DNA of 64,000 nucleotides from an uncultured delta proteobacterium (GTDB taxonomy: Bacteria; Myxococcota; Myxococcia; Myxococcales; Myxococcaceae): the NCBI GenBank assembly GCA_963771175.1, contig CAVYSY010000046.1, positions 160,001 to 224,000 of the forward strand. The letters are read 5' to 3'. The notes beneath the pieces were generated by a model, which saw only the letters and a program-made list of their open reading frames with translations, ran no database searches and was not told the DNA's origin. Position 1 is the first letter of the stretch, and each line of letters opens with the position of its first letter. Below, piece after piece: positions 12,124 through 21,500 of the stretch. The translations under genes and the position numbers were made by a program.

Positions 12124-13007
12124 TGCCCCTTGAGGTAGACGGTGCGCGACTCGGACATCACCTCGGCCCGGCGGCGCGACACATAGAGGTTGAGGGTGTT
12201 CTGGCCGTCCAGTTCCGACAGGAAGCCGGCCAGCTTGAGGATCTCCGTCTCGGTGGCCAGGGAGCGCGCTCGGGCGATCTCCACACCGCGCTCGGCGGCG
12301 ACCACGCGCTGCTGGCTCTCCGCCTCGGCGCGCGCGTACGCCGCGTCCGCCTCGTTCTGCGCGGCGATCACCGCGTTGAGCGCGCTCGCCAGCTCGTCCG
12401 GCGGCAGCACGTCAGTCAGGTCCACGCCGACGAACTGCACCCCGTACCTGGCGCCAATCTCCTTATGGCAGAAGTCTTCGATCCGCTCGCTGAGCAGCCG
12501 TCGCTCGCGGCGGATGAGCGCGTAGGAATTGTCGCCAGCGCTCAGCGCCGCCTTGCTCGGGCTGCCCGTCAGGGCGGTGGCGGTGGCGGGGGCGCGGAAG
12601 TTGGCGATCTCGTTGCGCAGCAGGCAGGTGAACAGCCCGGTGATGTGCTCCACCGGCTCCCGCAGCCCGAAGAGGAAGTTGCCGAGGTTCTCCCGTACCG
12701 GGACGTAGCGCAGGGTGCTGTCGAAGCGCAGCACCGTGCCGTCATCGGCCATGGCCGTCTGGCCACCCTTCTCACCGGCCAGCTCGAGGGCCTGCTCCAT
12801 CACGGGAATGTCGTGCACCTTCTCCCAGGGCTTCTTGGTGTGCAGGCCCGGGCCCCAGGTACGCAGTTGCTTCCCGTCCGCCTCCGTTCGCGCCGCGCCG
12901 AAGGCGGTGAGCACCGCCATGTGCCCTTCCTCCACGCGGAAGAAGCAGCGGGACAGCACGTAGGCGCCATAGACCGCCGCGCCAATCAAAATACCCATCA
13001 AGAACAT
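12120..13007 (-). CDS. SPFH (band 7/HflK-like) membrane protein
   Basis: N-terminal TM, WGPGLHTKKPW, YGVQFVGVDLTDV and a coiled coil. GGAG RBS before ATG 13007; overlaps the next SPFH gene. Confidence 0.85.
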   Translation of the reverse strand: MFLMGILIGAAVYGAYVLSRCFFRVEEGHMAVLTAFGAARTEADGKQLRTWGPGLHTKKPWEKVHDIPVMEQALELAGEKGGQTAMADDGTVLRFDSTLRYVPVRENLGNFLFGLREPVEHITGLFTCLLRNEIANFRAPATATALTGSPSKAALSAGDNSYALIRRERRLLSERIEDFCHKEIGARYGVQFVGVDLTDVLPPDELASALNAVIAAQNEADAAYARAEAESQQRVVAAERGVEIARARSLATETEILKLAGFLSELDGQNTLNLYVSRRRAEVMSESRTVYLKGQ

Positions 13008-13049
13008 GTCGTGTGACTCCGTCAAAAGGTTGTTGGGGTGGGGCGGCCG

Positions 13050-15035
13050 TCAGAAACGGTCGTCCCCCGTGCGCCAGTGGGCCCGTCCGGATGTGGTCTC
13101 CTTGCCGGAGTCCAGGCGCGCGCGCGCCGGACCCTTGCCTCCGCCCACCTGGGCGCGGTAGGCGGCCGCCAGCCCGCGGTTGACGTCCACCACGTCCTCG
13201 TTGAACTCGCGGTGGGCCTCGCTCACCGGCGGCAGGCGCTCGGCCTTCTCCGCCGTGTCCACGATGGCGCCGTGGGGGACGAAGCGTCCGTCGGGCACCT
13301 CCACGCCCACCACCACCGCGCCGATGCCGATGTAGCAGTGGTTGCCGACGATGGAGTCATGCACCACCGCATTGAAGCCGACGAAGGTGTCGTCCCCGAC
13401 GTAGCAGGGGCCGTGCACCAGGGCGTCGTGGGCCATGGACACGTTCTTCCCGACGTACACCGCCCACTCCTCGCCCCCCACCAACACCTTGCGCTCCTTG
13501 AGGGCGTGGATGACCACCCCGTCCTGGATGTTGGAGTTGGAGCCGATGTGGAAGGGGGTGCCCTCGTCCGCGCGCACCGAGCTGCCCGCGGCGATGTGCA
13601 CATGGTCTCCGAGCACCACCCGGCCGATGACGGCCGCCTGCGGGTGGACGTAGGACGAGTTGGACATGTGCGGCCTGGCCTGGATGTGCCGCAGCCAGCC
13701 GTGCGATTGGGGGGCGGGCTCCAGGTGGCCGGGGCGGCGCGCCTCGGCGTGCTCGCGAGACAGCACCGCGCGCACTCCCTGCTTCTTCTGCTCCGCCGAG
13801 GGAGCGGTCTCGCTCGGCTGGTGATTCCGCCGGTGCAGCCACGCGCCCACCGCGTGTATCACCATGCCTCCGGCGAGGCCCGCCACCAGATGGCCGCTCA
13901 CCGTGCCGGCCGCGGTGACGAGGAAGGCCATCGCCTCCACCCGCTCCTCCTTCCACAGGTGGCGCAGCGTGCCCACCTCCAGCAGCCGGAGGCCAATCAC
14001 GATCAGCAGGCCCGCCAGCCCCGCCAGGGGCACCTTGGAGATCTGATCCGACAGATAGAGGATGACGAAGAGGAGCGCCCCGGCGTGGACGAGCGCGGAC
14101 AGTCGCGTGCGGCCGCCGCTCTGTACGTTGACGCCCGAGCGCACCACCACGCCGGAGACGGGCATGCCGCCCATCAGACCGACGCCCATGTTGGCCACGC
14201 CCTGGCCCAGCAGCTCCAGGTTGGGCTGGTGGGGCCGTGAGTTGGGGGCCATCCGGTCCACGATGCGCGCCGACAGCAGGGACTCGGCCGCGGCCAGGAT
14301 GGCCAGTGGCAGGCACTTGAGCACCAGCTCCAGCCACCGGCCCTCCATGGCGGGCAGGGACGGGGCGGGCAGGCTGGAGGGCACCTCGCCCACCCGGGCG
14401 ATGTCCCAGCCCAGGTAGCTGGCCAGCGCCGTGACGATGCCCACGCCCACCAATGCCGCGGGGAAGCGCTTGAGGTGACGGGTGGCCACCAGGAGGAAGG
14501 CCACCGCCAGTCCCGAGAGCGCCGCCAGCCAGGACACCTCGTGCAGCCACTGCGGCCGGTGCATCATCTGCGCGAGCTCGGCCACCCGGTAGTCGAAGCC
14601 GAGCAGCTCCGGAATCTGCTGATCGAGCAGCTTGAGGCCCACGCCGGTGGTGAAGCCGGCGAGCACCGACTCGGGCACGTACTCCATCAGCTTGCCGGCG
14701 CGCCCCAGTGCCAGCAGCACCTGGACGCCGCCCACCGCGATGGCCGCGGCGGCCGCGCCCACCACGCCGAACTCGGCCACCAGGACGAGCACCATGGTGG
14801 AGAGCGCGGCGGCCGGCCCCGTCACCTGCAGGGGCGAGCCGCCCATCATCGCCGCCAGGCCACCCCCCACCACGCCGGCGATGAGGCCCGCGGACGGAGG
14901 CAGGCCGCTGGCCACCGCCAGGGCGAGGTTGAGCGGTAGGGCCACCGCCGCCACGGTGATGCCGGCCAGCACGTCCTGCGGCAGCGCGCCCAGGCGCAGC
15001 ACGTCCTTCCAGGCCTCCACCCAGTGGCGCCCCAT
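13050..15035 (-). CDS. SulP/SLC26 anion (bicarbonate) transporter fused to a gamma-class carbonic anhydrase
   Basis: SulP motifs DVLAGITVAAVALP, QVTGPAAA, ESLLSA and ELLGQGVAN, followed by a left-handed beta-helix with RADEG, SNIQDG, IHAL, AH..VHGP and a C-terminal VDVNRGLA helix. Confidence 0.85.
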   Translation of the reverse strand: MGRHWVEAWKDVLRLGALPQDVLAGITVAAVALPLNLALAVASGLPPSAGLIAGVVGGGLAAMMGGSPLQVTGPAAALSTMVLVLVAEFGVVGAAAAAIAVGGVQVLLALGRAGKLMEYVPESVLAGFTTGVGLKLLDQQIPELLGFDYRVAELAQMMHRPQWLHEVSWLAALSGLAVAFLLVATRHLKRFPAALVGVGIVTALASYLGWDIARVGEVPSSLPAPSLPAMEGRWLELVLKCLPLAILAAAESLLSARIVDRMAPNSRPHQPNLELLGQGVANMGVGLMGGMPVSGVVVRSGVNVQSGGRTRLSALVHAGALLFVILYLSDQISKVPLAGLAGLLIVIGLRLLEVGTLRHLWKEERVEAMAFLVTAAGTVSGHLVAGLAGGMVIHAVGAWLHRRNHQPSETAPSAEQKKQGVRAVLSREHAEARRPGHLEPAPQSHGWLRHIQARPHMSNSSYVHPQAAVIGRVVLGDHVHIAAGSSVRADEGTPFHIGSNSNIQDGVVIHALKERKVLVGGEEWAVYVGKNVSMAHDALVHGPCYVGDDTFVGFNAVVHDSIVGNHCYIGIGAVVVGVEVPDGRFVPHGAIVDTAEKAERLPPVSEAHREFNEDVVDVNRGLAAAYRAQVGGGKGPARARLDSGKETTSGRAHWRTGDDRF

Positions 15036-15387
15036 GGCGCTCAGCTCGGCGGTGTAGCGCGGCTTCGAGGGAGGAGGACGTTGCCGCTCCAGGAGGCGGG
15101 AGAGGGGCCTTGGCGCGGGCAGGCGCCGGGCACGGGTCAGGTTGTTCTTCTCACGAGCTCGTTGCATCGGGCACACACGTGTCCAGAGCGGCATGCACGC
15201 GAGGGCACACGCCGGCGGGCGGGCCCGGGCGAACGAAGGACACACGAGTGCCTTCACGCGCACGGGCGTCTTGAGCGAGCGGATCCAGCGGGCGCGCGAG
15301 AGGGCACGAGGCCATCACGCGCACGCGCGGGTCAGCGCGAGGGTTGGGAAATGAAGAGGGTGAAGCCGTGGCGGGACCGGAGTCCGG

Positions 15388-15717
15388 TCACACGCGCGAT
15401 GGGTCGTCGTCAGCCGAGCCCAGGCGCGACGGCTGCCACACCACGACGACGCGTGGGAGCAGGGTCTGCGCGGGCGGCAGTACCCGTGCGATGGAGCGTG
15501 GTGCACTCCGGGCGCCGCGGGGACGGTGGTAGGGCACGATGCCCCGCCCCTCCGTCAATCGTGGCTCGCTCCGGAAGATGGCGAGCTCCTTGTGGGAGTC
15601 GTGCTCCTCCTCGAACATGCCGACCCGGACCGCAACACTCCAGGCGTATGCGCTCATCGGGCCGAGAAGCCCGACGATCAACAACCGGATGATGAGATCT
15701 TGGAGGAGCCGCTTCAT
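15388..15717 (-). CDS. Small hypothetical protein with N-terminal hydrophobic segment, upstream of SulP-CA
   Basis: MKRLLQDLIIRLLIVGLLGPMSAYA signal-like start; co-oriented with the SulP operon. Confidence 0.4.
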   Translation of the reverse strand: MKRLLQDLIIRLLIVGLLGPMSAYAWSVAVRVGMFEEEHDSHKELAIFRSEPRLTEGRGIVPYHRPRGARSAPRSIARVLPPAQTLLPRVVVVWQPSRLGSADDDPSRV

Positions 15718-15816
15718 CGCTTCGAGAACGCGCCCAGCAACCGCGCCCTTCCTACTAACATTCCCCCAGTGCGGATGTGTAGAGGGCGCGAGAAGGTTCT
15801 GCGGTTCCGTGAAGGC

Positions 15817-16545
15817 CTACATCACTGGAGGGAGCACGTCGGCCAGATCCGTTGCCACGGTGAAGCCGTCGTGGAACACCACGCCCTGGGCCGCGATGGT
15901 CGCGTTCCGGTAGAGGCCCTGCTTCACGTAGACGCCATCGCCCGGGTACATCGTGGCCATGGGCGTGGGCGGAACGACCTGCTGGCCATTGTGGTACAGC
16001 TCGACGAAGCCCACGCTCGGGTCGGAGCTCCACTTCACGTGGACCACGAAGTCGTTCCAGACGCCGCGCTGCAGGGGGGCCGTCCACATGTCCTGCGCCT
16101 GTGCTCCACCCACGCGCATCCGCATCTCCTCGCCGATGACGTAGAACTCCACCGGAGGCGAGCCATTGAGGCCCGTGTGGTGCCACTGGGTGAAGACCTG
16201 CCATGTCTTCTCACTGGGATAACTCTCGTCGAAGAGGGTGCTCCAGGCGTAGTACCGCTCGGCCCCTTCGGCCATCCCGCCCATGAGCGAGTCGTCCACG
16301 TAGACCAGCTCATTGCGGTTGCCGCTGGCCCGGATGGGATTGTCTCCCTGATCCACCTGCACGCGCATGGCATAGGCGCCCTCGCGCACCCGGTCGGCCA
16401 CCACGAGGAGCCGGTTGCTGTTGACCTTCTCCTCCTTGGACCACTGCGAGGCGTTACCCGTCTCGAAATCACCCTTCCACAGCACGCTCGCGCTCGCCAT
16501 CGTGGGGAGCAGCAGGAGGCCGGAGAGTATCCAGGACTTCTTCAA
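15817..16545 (-). CDS. Secreted polysaccharide lyase-like protein (Polysacc_lyase/jelly-roll)
   Basis: TTG start after an AAGGA RBS; signal peptide ending ASA; LWKGDFETG, RNEL, FTQWH and YVKQGLYR motifs. Confidence 0.75.
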   Translation of the reverse strand: MKKSWILSGLLLLPTMASASVLWKGDFETGNASQWSKEEKVNSNRLLVVADRVREGAYAMRVQVDQGDNPIRASGNRNELVYVDDSLMGGMAEGAERYYAWSTLFDESYPSEKTWQVFTQWHHTGLNGSPPVEFYVIGEEMRMRVGGAQAQDMWTAPLQRGVWNDFVVHVKWSSDPSVGFVELYHNGQQVVPPTPMATMYPGDGVYVKQGLYRNATIAAQGVVFHDGFTVATDLADVLPPVM

Positions 16546-16721
16546 ACGGAGGTTCCTTTCGTTCGGGTTGGATGGAGGGGACAACTCGCCGCGCCGGGAG
16601 CTTCCCCGCCTCGATCGTCTGCCCTCCGTCAGCGCCCCCCGCCTGCTTGCTTCCCAATGGAGCGGGCGGGACCGCGAGTATAGTCCCGAGGCCGTCCACG
16701 ACACTTTCCAGAGGCTCACGC

Positions 16722-17123
16722 ATGACCACTCAGGCCAGAGGCGCTTTCGACATCAAAGGGACTCCCCATCCCGCCAACGACATGGCCGAGGGTCTGAACG
16801 TGGGGCGCATGACGTTCCACAAGCGGTTCCACGGCGACCTCGAGGGGACGAGCGTGGTCGAGATGCTCGGCGTGATGGACAAGGCCCTGGGCTCCGGCGC
16901 CTACGTCGCGCTCGAGCGCTTGACCGGGATGCTCGAGGGGCGTGGAGGCAGCTTCCTCATGCAGCACAGCTCGACCATGACGCGCGGCAAGCCCACGCAG
17001 ATCATCACGGTCGTCCCGGACTCGGGCACCGGTGAGCTCGTGGGCCTGGCTGGCGCGATGACGATCGACATCGTCGACGGAAAGCACTTCTACGTCTTCG
17101 ACTACACGCTGAACGGCGCGTAG
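16722..17123 (+). CDS. DUF3224 family protein
   Basis: KRFHGDLEGTS, GAYVALER, GSFLMQH and VVPDSGTGELVGLAG motifs. Confidence 0.85.
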   Translation: MTTQARGAFDIKGTPHPANDMAEGLNVGRMTFHKRFHGDLEGTSVVEMLGVMDKALGSGAYVALERLTGMLEGRGGSFLMQHSSTMTRGKPTQIITVVPDSGTGELVGLAGAMTIDIVDGKHFYVFDYTLNGA

Positions 17124-17150
17124 CGCGCATCTGGTGAAGCACCGCGCTCG

Positions 17151-17207
17151 CCGTCACAGGCCCGTCACACCCCTCCTGGTACGACCCACGCTGCTCGAAC
17201 GAGCAGC
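17151..17207 (+). promoter_or_regulatory. Candidate regulator sites upstream of the Vps62-like gene
   Basis: CCGTCACA direct repeat at 11-bp spacing (17151, 17162) and a perfect 8-bp inverted repeat GCTGCTCG-AA-CGAGCAGC (17190-17207). Confidence 0.3.
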
Positions 17208-17236
17208 TCACTCGCTGTGTCGTGAAGGAGAATCAC

Positions 17237-18328
17237 ATGAACAAGCATCACCTGCCGTGGAAGCTATTCCCCGCGCTGGCGGGCGTGGTCACCGCGATGG
17301 CCTGTGGCCCCATGCCAGAGGACGTGGATCCTTCGCTGGAGAGTGTGGAGCAGGCCGCGATCTGCGAGGACTGCGAGCCCGGCGGAGGAGGAGGCGGCGG
17401 CGGAGGGGGAACGACCACCTCCTGCGGCGATGGCGTCTGCAACCAGAAGGAGACGCACTGCGGTTGCCCGAGTGACTGCGTGGACGACGAGTCGGCGATG
17501 GTGAATGCCTTCGCGCCGATCTTCCGCTTCGATGCCCGCGAGGACAACCTGCCCTCCAGCGTGGAGTGGTACCTGGCTCGAACCACGCTGCGCTTCAACC
17601 ACGACGGGGGTTGCTCGGACGAGTCGGTCCTGTCGCCCTACACCGTCAACACGACGAATCTGCTCCAGCAGTCGCGCGCGACCCGCAGCGGATGGCCGTG
17701 GTGCGGCAATGAATCCACCTACAAGTACAGCAACAGCTATAACGGATCCGACGAGTTCTTCTTCCTGCAGATTCCCAACGACGGGAACGAGCTGAGCACC
17801 CGGAACGGAGACACCTCGGGCTGGTCGTGGCGGACCTATGCGCACGTCCGCCGGGACGGCGGCACCGGCTGGGAGATCCAGTACTGGTTGTTCTTCCCCT
17901 ACAACGGCATGACCCCCGGAGAGCACGAGGGGGACTTCGAGCACGTCACCGTCCGGGTGGCGGCCGACAAGGTGACCCCGATCTCCGTCTACTACGCGGC
18001 CCACGACAGCGAGGGCTCCACGGTGCCGTGGAGCTCGGTGGAGCGGGAGGGGAACCATCCATACGCCTACGTGGCCCACGACTCGCACGCGAGCTACCCG
18101 CATTCGGGCTGGACGGACCGCACCTGGCCGCTGCCCAACGACGAGCACTGGGGAGACGGCCGCGTCTACAACTCCACCAACACCGTCATCCACGTGGGTG
18201 ACAGCGCCTGCAACTTCAACGGCCACACGTGGTTGCGCTTCGGCGGGCGCTGGGGCGAGGTGGGGGAGAACTTCAGCGGGCCATTCAGCCCGACCTACCA
18301 GTCGTACTGGACCACCCTGGGCCAGTAG
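17237..18328 (+). CDS. Lipoprotein with Cys-rich motif and Vps62-related domain
   Basis: AAGGAG RBS; lipobox-like AMAC; CGDGVC repeat; FAPIFRF, QYWLFFPYN, HEGDFEHV, HASYP and FGGRWG motifs. Confidence 0.7.
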   Translation: MNKHHLPWKLFPALAGVVTAMACGPMPEDVDPSLESVEQAAICEDCEPGGGGGGGGGGTTTSCGDGVCNQKETHCGCPSDCVDDESAMVNAFAPIFRFDAREDNLPSSVEWYLARTTLRFNHDGGCSDESVLSPYTVNTTNLLQQSRATRSGWPWCGNESTYKYSNSYNGSDEFFFLQIPNDGNELSTRNGDTSGWSWRTYAHVRRDGGTGWEIQYWLFFPYNGMTPGEHEGDFEHVTVRVAADKVTPISVYYAAHDSEGSTVPWSSVEREGNHPYAYVAHDSHASYPHSGWTDRTWPLPNDEHWGDGRVYNSTNTVIHVGDSACNFNGHTWLRFGGRWGEVGENFSGPFSPTYQSYWTTLGQ

Positions 18329-18518
18329 CCGTTACGAGGGTCACCGCCCCCGTCACCTTGAAGGCGGGCGAGGTGCTCGCCGTGCCGTTGGCCACCGTGT
18401 CTCCATCCTCATGGATGGACGACAGGGTGGCCAGAAGGCCGCTGGGGTGACGAGTTCCGCACATGCGCCCATGCACCGCATGGCAAGCCACCAGTGTGCG
18501 CCGTATCAGTAACTCTCT

Positions 18519-21500
18519 ATGGCGATACCGAACTACCGGCTGACGGAAAAACTGGGAGCTGGCCCATATTCCTCCGTCTTCAAGGGCTGGCACAAGGACT
18601 CGCCCCAGCGCCCGCTTGTCATCAAGATTCTCAAGCCGGAGGTCGGCTCGCTAAGTCGGAAGCGGTATTTCAGGCAGAAGATCGAGCACCTGAGCACCCT
18701 GAACGACGAGCGACTCATCCCGCCGTCCGACTTCATCGAGCATCGCGGCTTCCAGGTCATCGTCCGGGATTACTTCAACGGCCTGACGCTCGACCAGTGG
18801 GCCAAGACCCAGCCCAGAATCTCGCTGGAGTCGTTCTTCGACCTCGCATGCAAGCTCGCCGACGCAGTCGAGGCCTCTCACAAGGTGGGCATCATCCATG
18901 GGGGCATCAAGCCGCACAACATCCTCGTCCAGCCCGCCACGGGAGAGATTCGACTCGTCGACTTCCTCACCCCGATGGATGTCCGCAACGTCAGTCATTT
19001 CATCTATGACCGCGCGTTCGTCGAAGGGACGCTTGCCTACACCTCACCCGAACAGACGGGCCGGATCAGCCATCGCGTTGGCTTCACGACCGACCTCTAT
19101 TCCCTCGGAATCGTGCTGTATGAGCTGCTGTCGGGCCGGCTGCCGTTCTTCTCGACCGATCCGCTCGAGCTCATCCATTCGCACCTGGCGGAGGAGGCTC
19201 CTCCAGTCCACGAGCTCAACCCCGACGTGCCGCCGATGGTGAGCAGGATCATCGCCAGGCTCACTCGTGAAGGAACCGGAGAAGCGCTACCAGTCGGGGG
19301 CGGGCCTTCTGGCGGATCTCCAGCGGTGCAGGGAGGAGTACAGGGCGCACGGTGGAGCCGTCGGCGAGTTCGCCCTGGGGACCCGCGACCGGACGCACCG
19401 GGTGATGTTCGTCTCGAAGATGGTCGGCCGCGACAAGGAGGCGAAGACCATCCTCGGTGAATACGAGCAGGTCGCGAACGGGGCATTTCGCAGCCTCCTG
19501 ATCTCCGGCTACTCGGGAATCGGGAAGACGCGCCTCATCCAGGAGCTCCAGCGGCCCATCGTCAAGAGCCACGGCTACTTCACGTCAGGGAAGTTCGACG
19601 TCTACCAGAAGAACATTCCCTACAGCTCCATGATTCAGGCGTTCCGGAATCTCATCCGGACCATCCTGACGGAGAGCAACGAGCGAGTGGCCTGCTGGAA
19701 GAGGCGAATCCTGGAGGCCGTTGGGAGCCGCGGGCGAGTCATCACGGAGATTGTCCCTGAGCTCGAGACGCTCATCGGGCCCCAACCCGAGGTGCCGGCA
19801 CTTCCTCCCATCGAGGCCCGGAACCGCTTCCACGACGTCTTCGGCAGGTTCCTCGGCTGTCTCGCGAGCGCTGAGAGCCCCCTCGTCCTTTTCATCGACG
19901 ACCTCCAGTGGTGCGATATCGCCACCCTGGAGTTCCTCGCGAACATCTTCGCGGACGCCCAGGAGCATCCGTACCTGTTCCTCCTGGGCGCGTACCGCGA
20001 CAACGAGGTCGACGACAGCCATCCCTTGTCGAAGTTGGTGCGCTGCATCCGGGCGGGGGGCAGCCCCTCAAGGAAATCCATCTCGGGGCGCTCCAGGCCG
20101 AGCACACCCATGAGATGGTGTCCTACATCCTGGCCTCTCCGCTGCAGGCCACCCAGTCCCTGGCGCACTTCATCTTCGATTTGACGGAGGGCAACCCGCT
20201 GTTCGTCAGCGAGAGCCTGTCCTATCTCCACAACGAGAACCTGCTCTCCCTCGATGAAGACACGCACGAGTGGCACTGGAACATGGCGAAGATTCGCCAG
20301 ACCCGGATGCCCTCCAGTGTCGTCACCATCTTCAGCTCGAAGGTGCAGAGGCTTCCCAAGGAGACCGTCGACCTTCTGGAGTCCTGCGCCTGCATGGGCA
20401 ACTCGTTCCATGCGGAGGACCTCGCCCAGGCGCGTGAGCTGAGCGTCGCCGAGGTGTTCCGGAGGCTGAACCCCGCGCTGAGCCACTGGCTGCTCGTCGA
20501 GAACAGGGAGCAGTTGCAGTTCGTGCACGACAAGGTCCAAGAGGCGATCCTGAGTGCGATACCCGGGGATCGGCGCCGGCGGATTCACGCGCGGCTGGGG
20601 CGGCACTTCCTGTCGCGGGTGCCTCCCGGTACGGACCTGCAGGAGGCCGACCATCTCTTCATGATTGCCTCGCACATGAACCTGGGGCGCGAGCCAGTCC
20701 TCGAGACCGAGGCGGCCTACGCGCTCTCTCATGTCAACTACTGCGCTGGCTCCAAGGCGCTCGAGTCCCTGGCGACCGAGGCGGCAAACGACTACTTCCA
20801 CAAGAGCCTGGAAGCCCTGCCCGAGGACTGCTGGGAGGTCCAGTACGAACGCACCTTCAAGATCCTCCAGAAGCTCGCGAAGACGGAGCTCATGGTGGGT
20901 CGGTCCGAGAAGTCGGAGTCGCTCCTCAACCAGCTCCTCGAGCACGCCAGGTCCGAGCTGGACAAGGCAGAGGCGCTCGCGGAGCAGACCACGTCGCTCT
21001 CTTCGATTGGCAACTTCGCCAAGGCCATCGAGACCGCGAATCGAGGGCTCGCGTTCTTCGGCAAGTCGCTGCCAGAAGAGGGGGCGCTCGCGGAGCGCAA
21101 GCGCGACGCCATCATGGCCGAGATCGACGCCGGGTATTCCGACGTCTGGTCCACCATCCTTCGCATGCCGTTCACGGAGGACAGGAAGAGCAAGGTGGAG
21201 CTCGCGTTCTACGCCGAGCTCATCCCCGACCTCTACCTGTCAGGGCTCGTCCCCCAGCTCTATCTGTCGGCCGCGCAGTCCACGCGGAACTGCCTCGCCG
21301 GAGGCATGGACGAGTCAGTCATCTATTCGTTCTCCATCATGGGGCTCTTCCTGGGGGAGCAGGGGCGGTTCGAGGAGGCCTTCAGGTACGAGGACCTGGC
21401 GAAGAACCTCTCCGAGAGACACCCCAACACCTTCGGCGCCACTCGCGGAATCAATGGCGTCGTCTGGTGCAACATGCACTCCCGCAGTCGGCCGGAGGAG

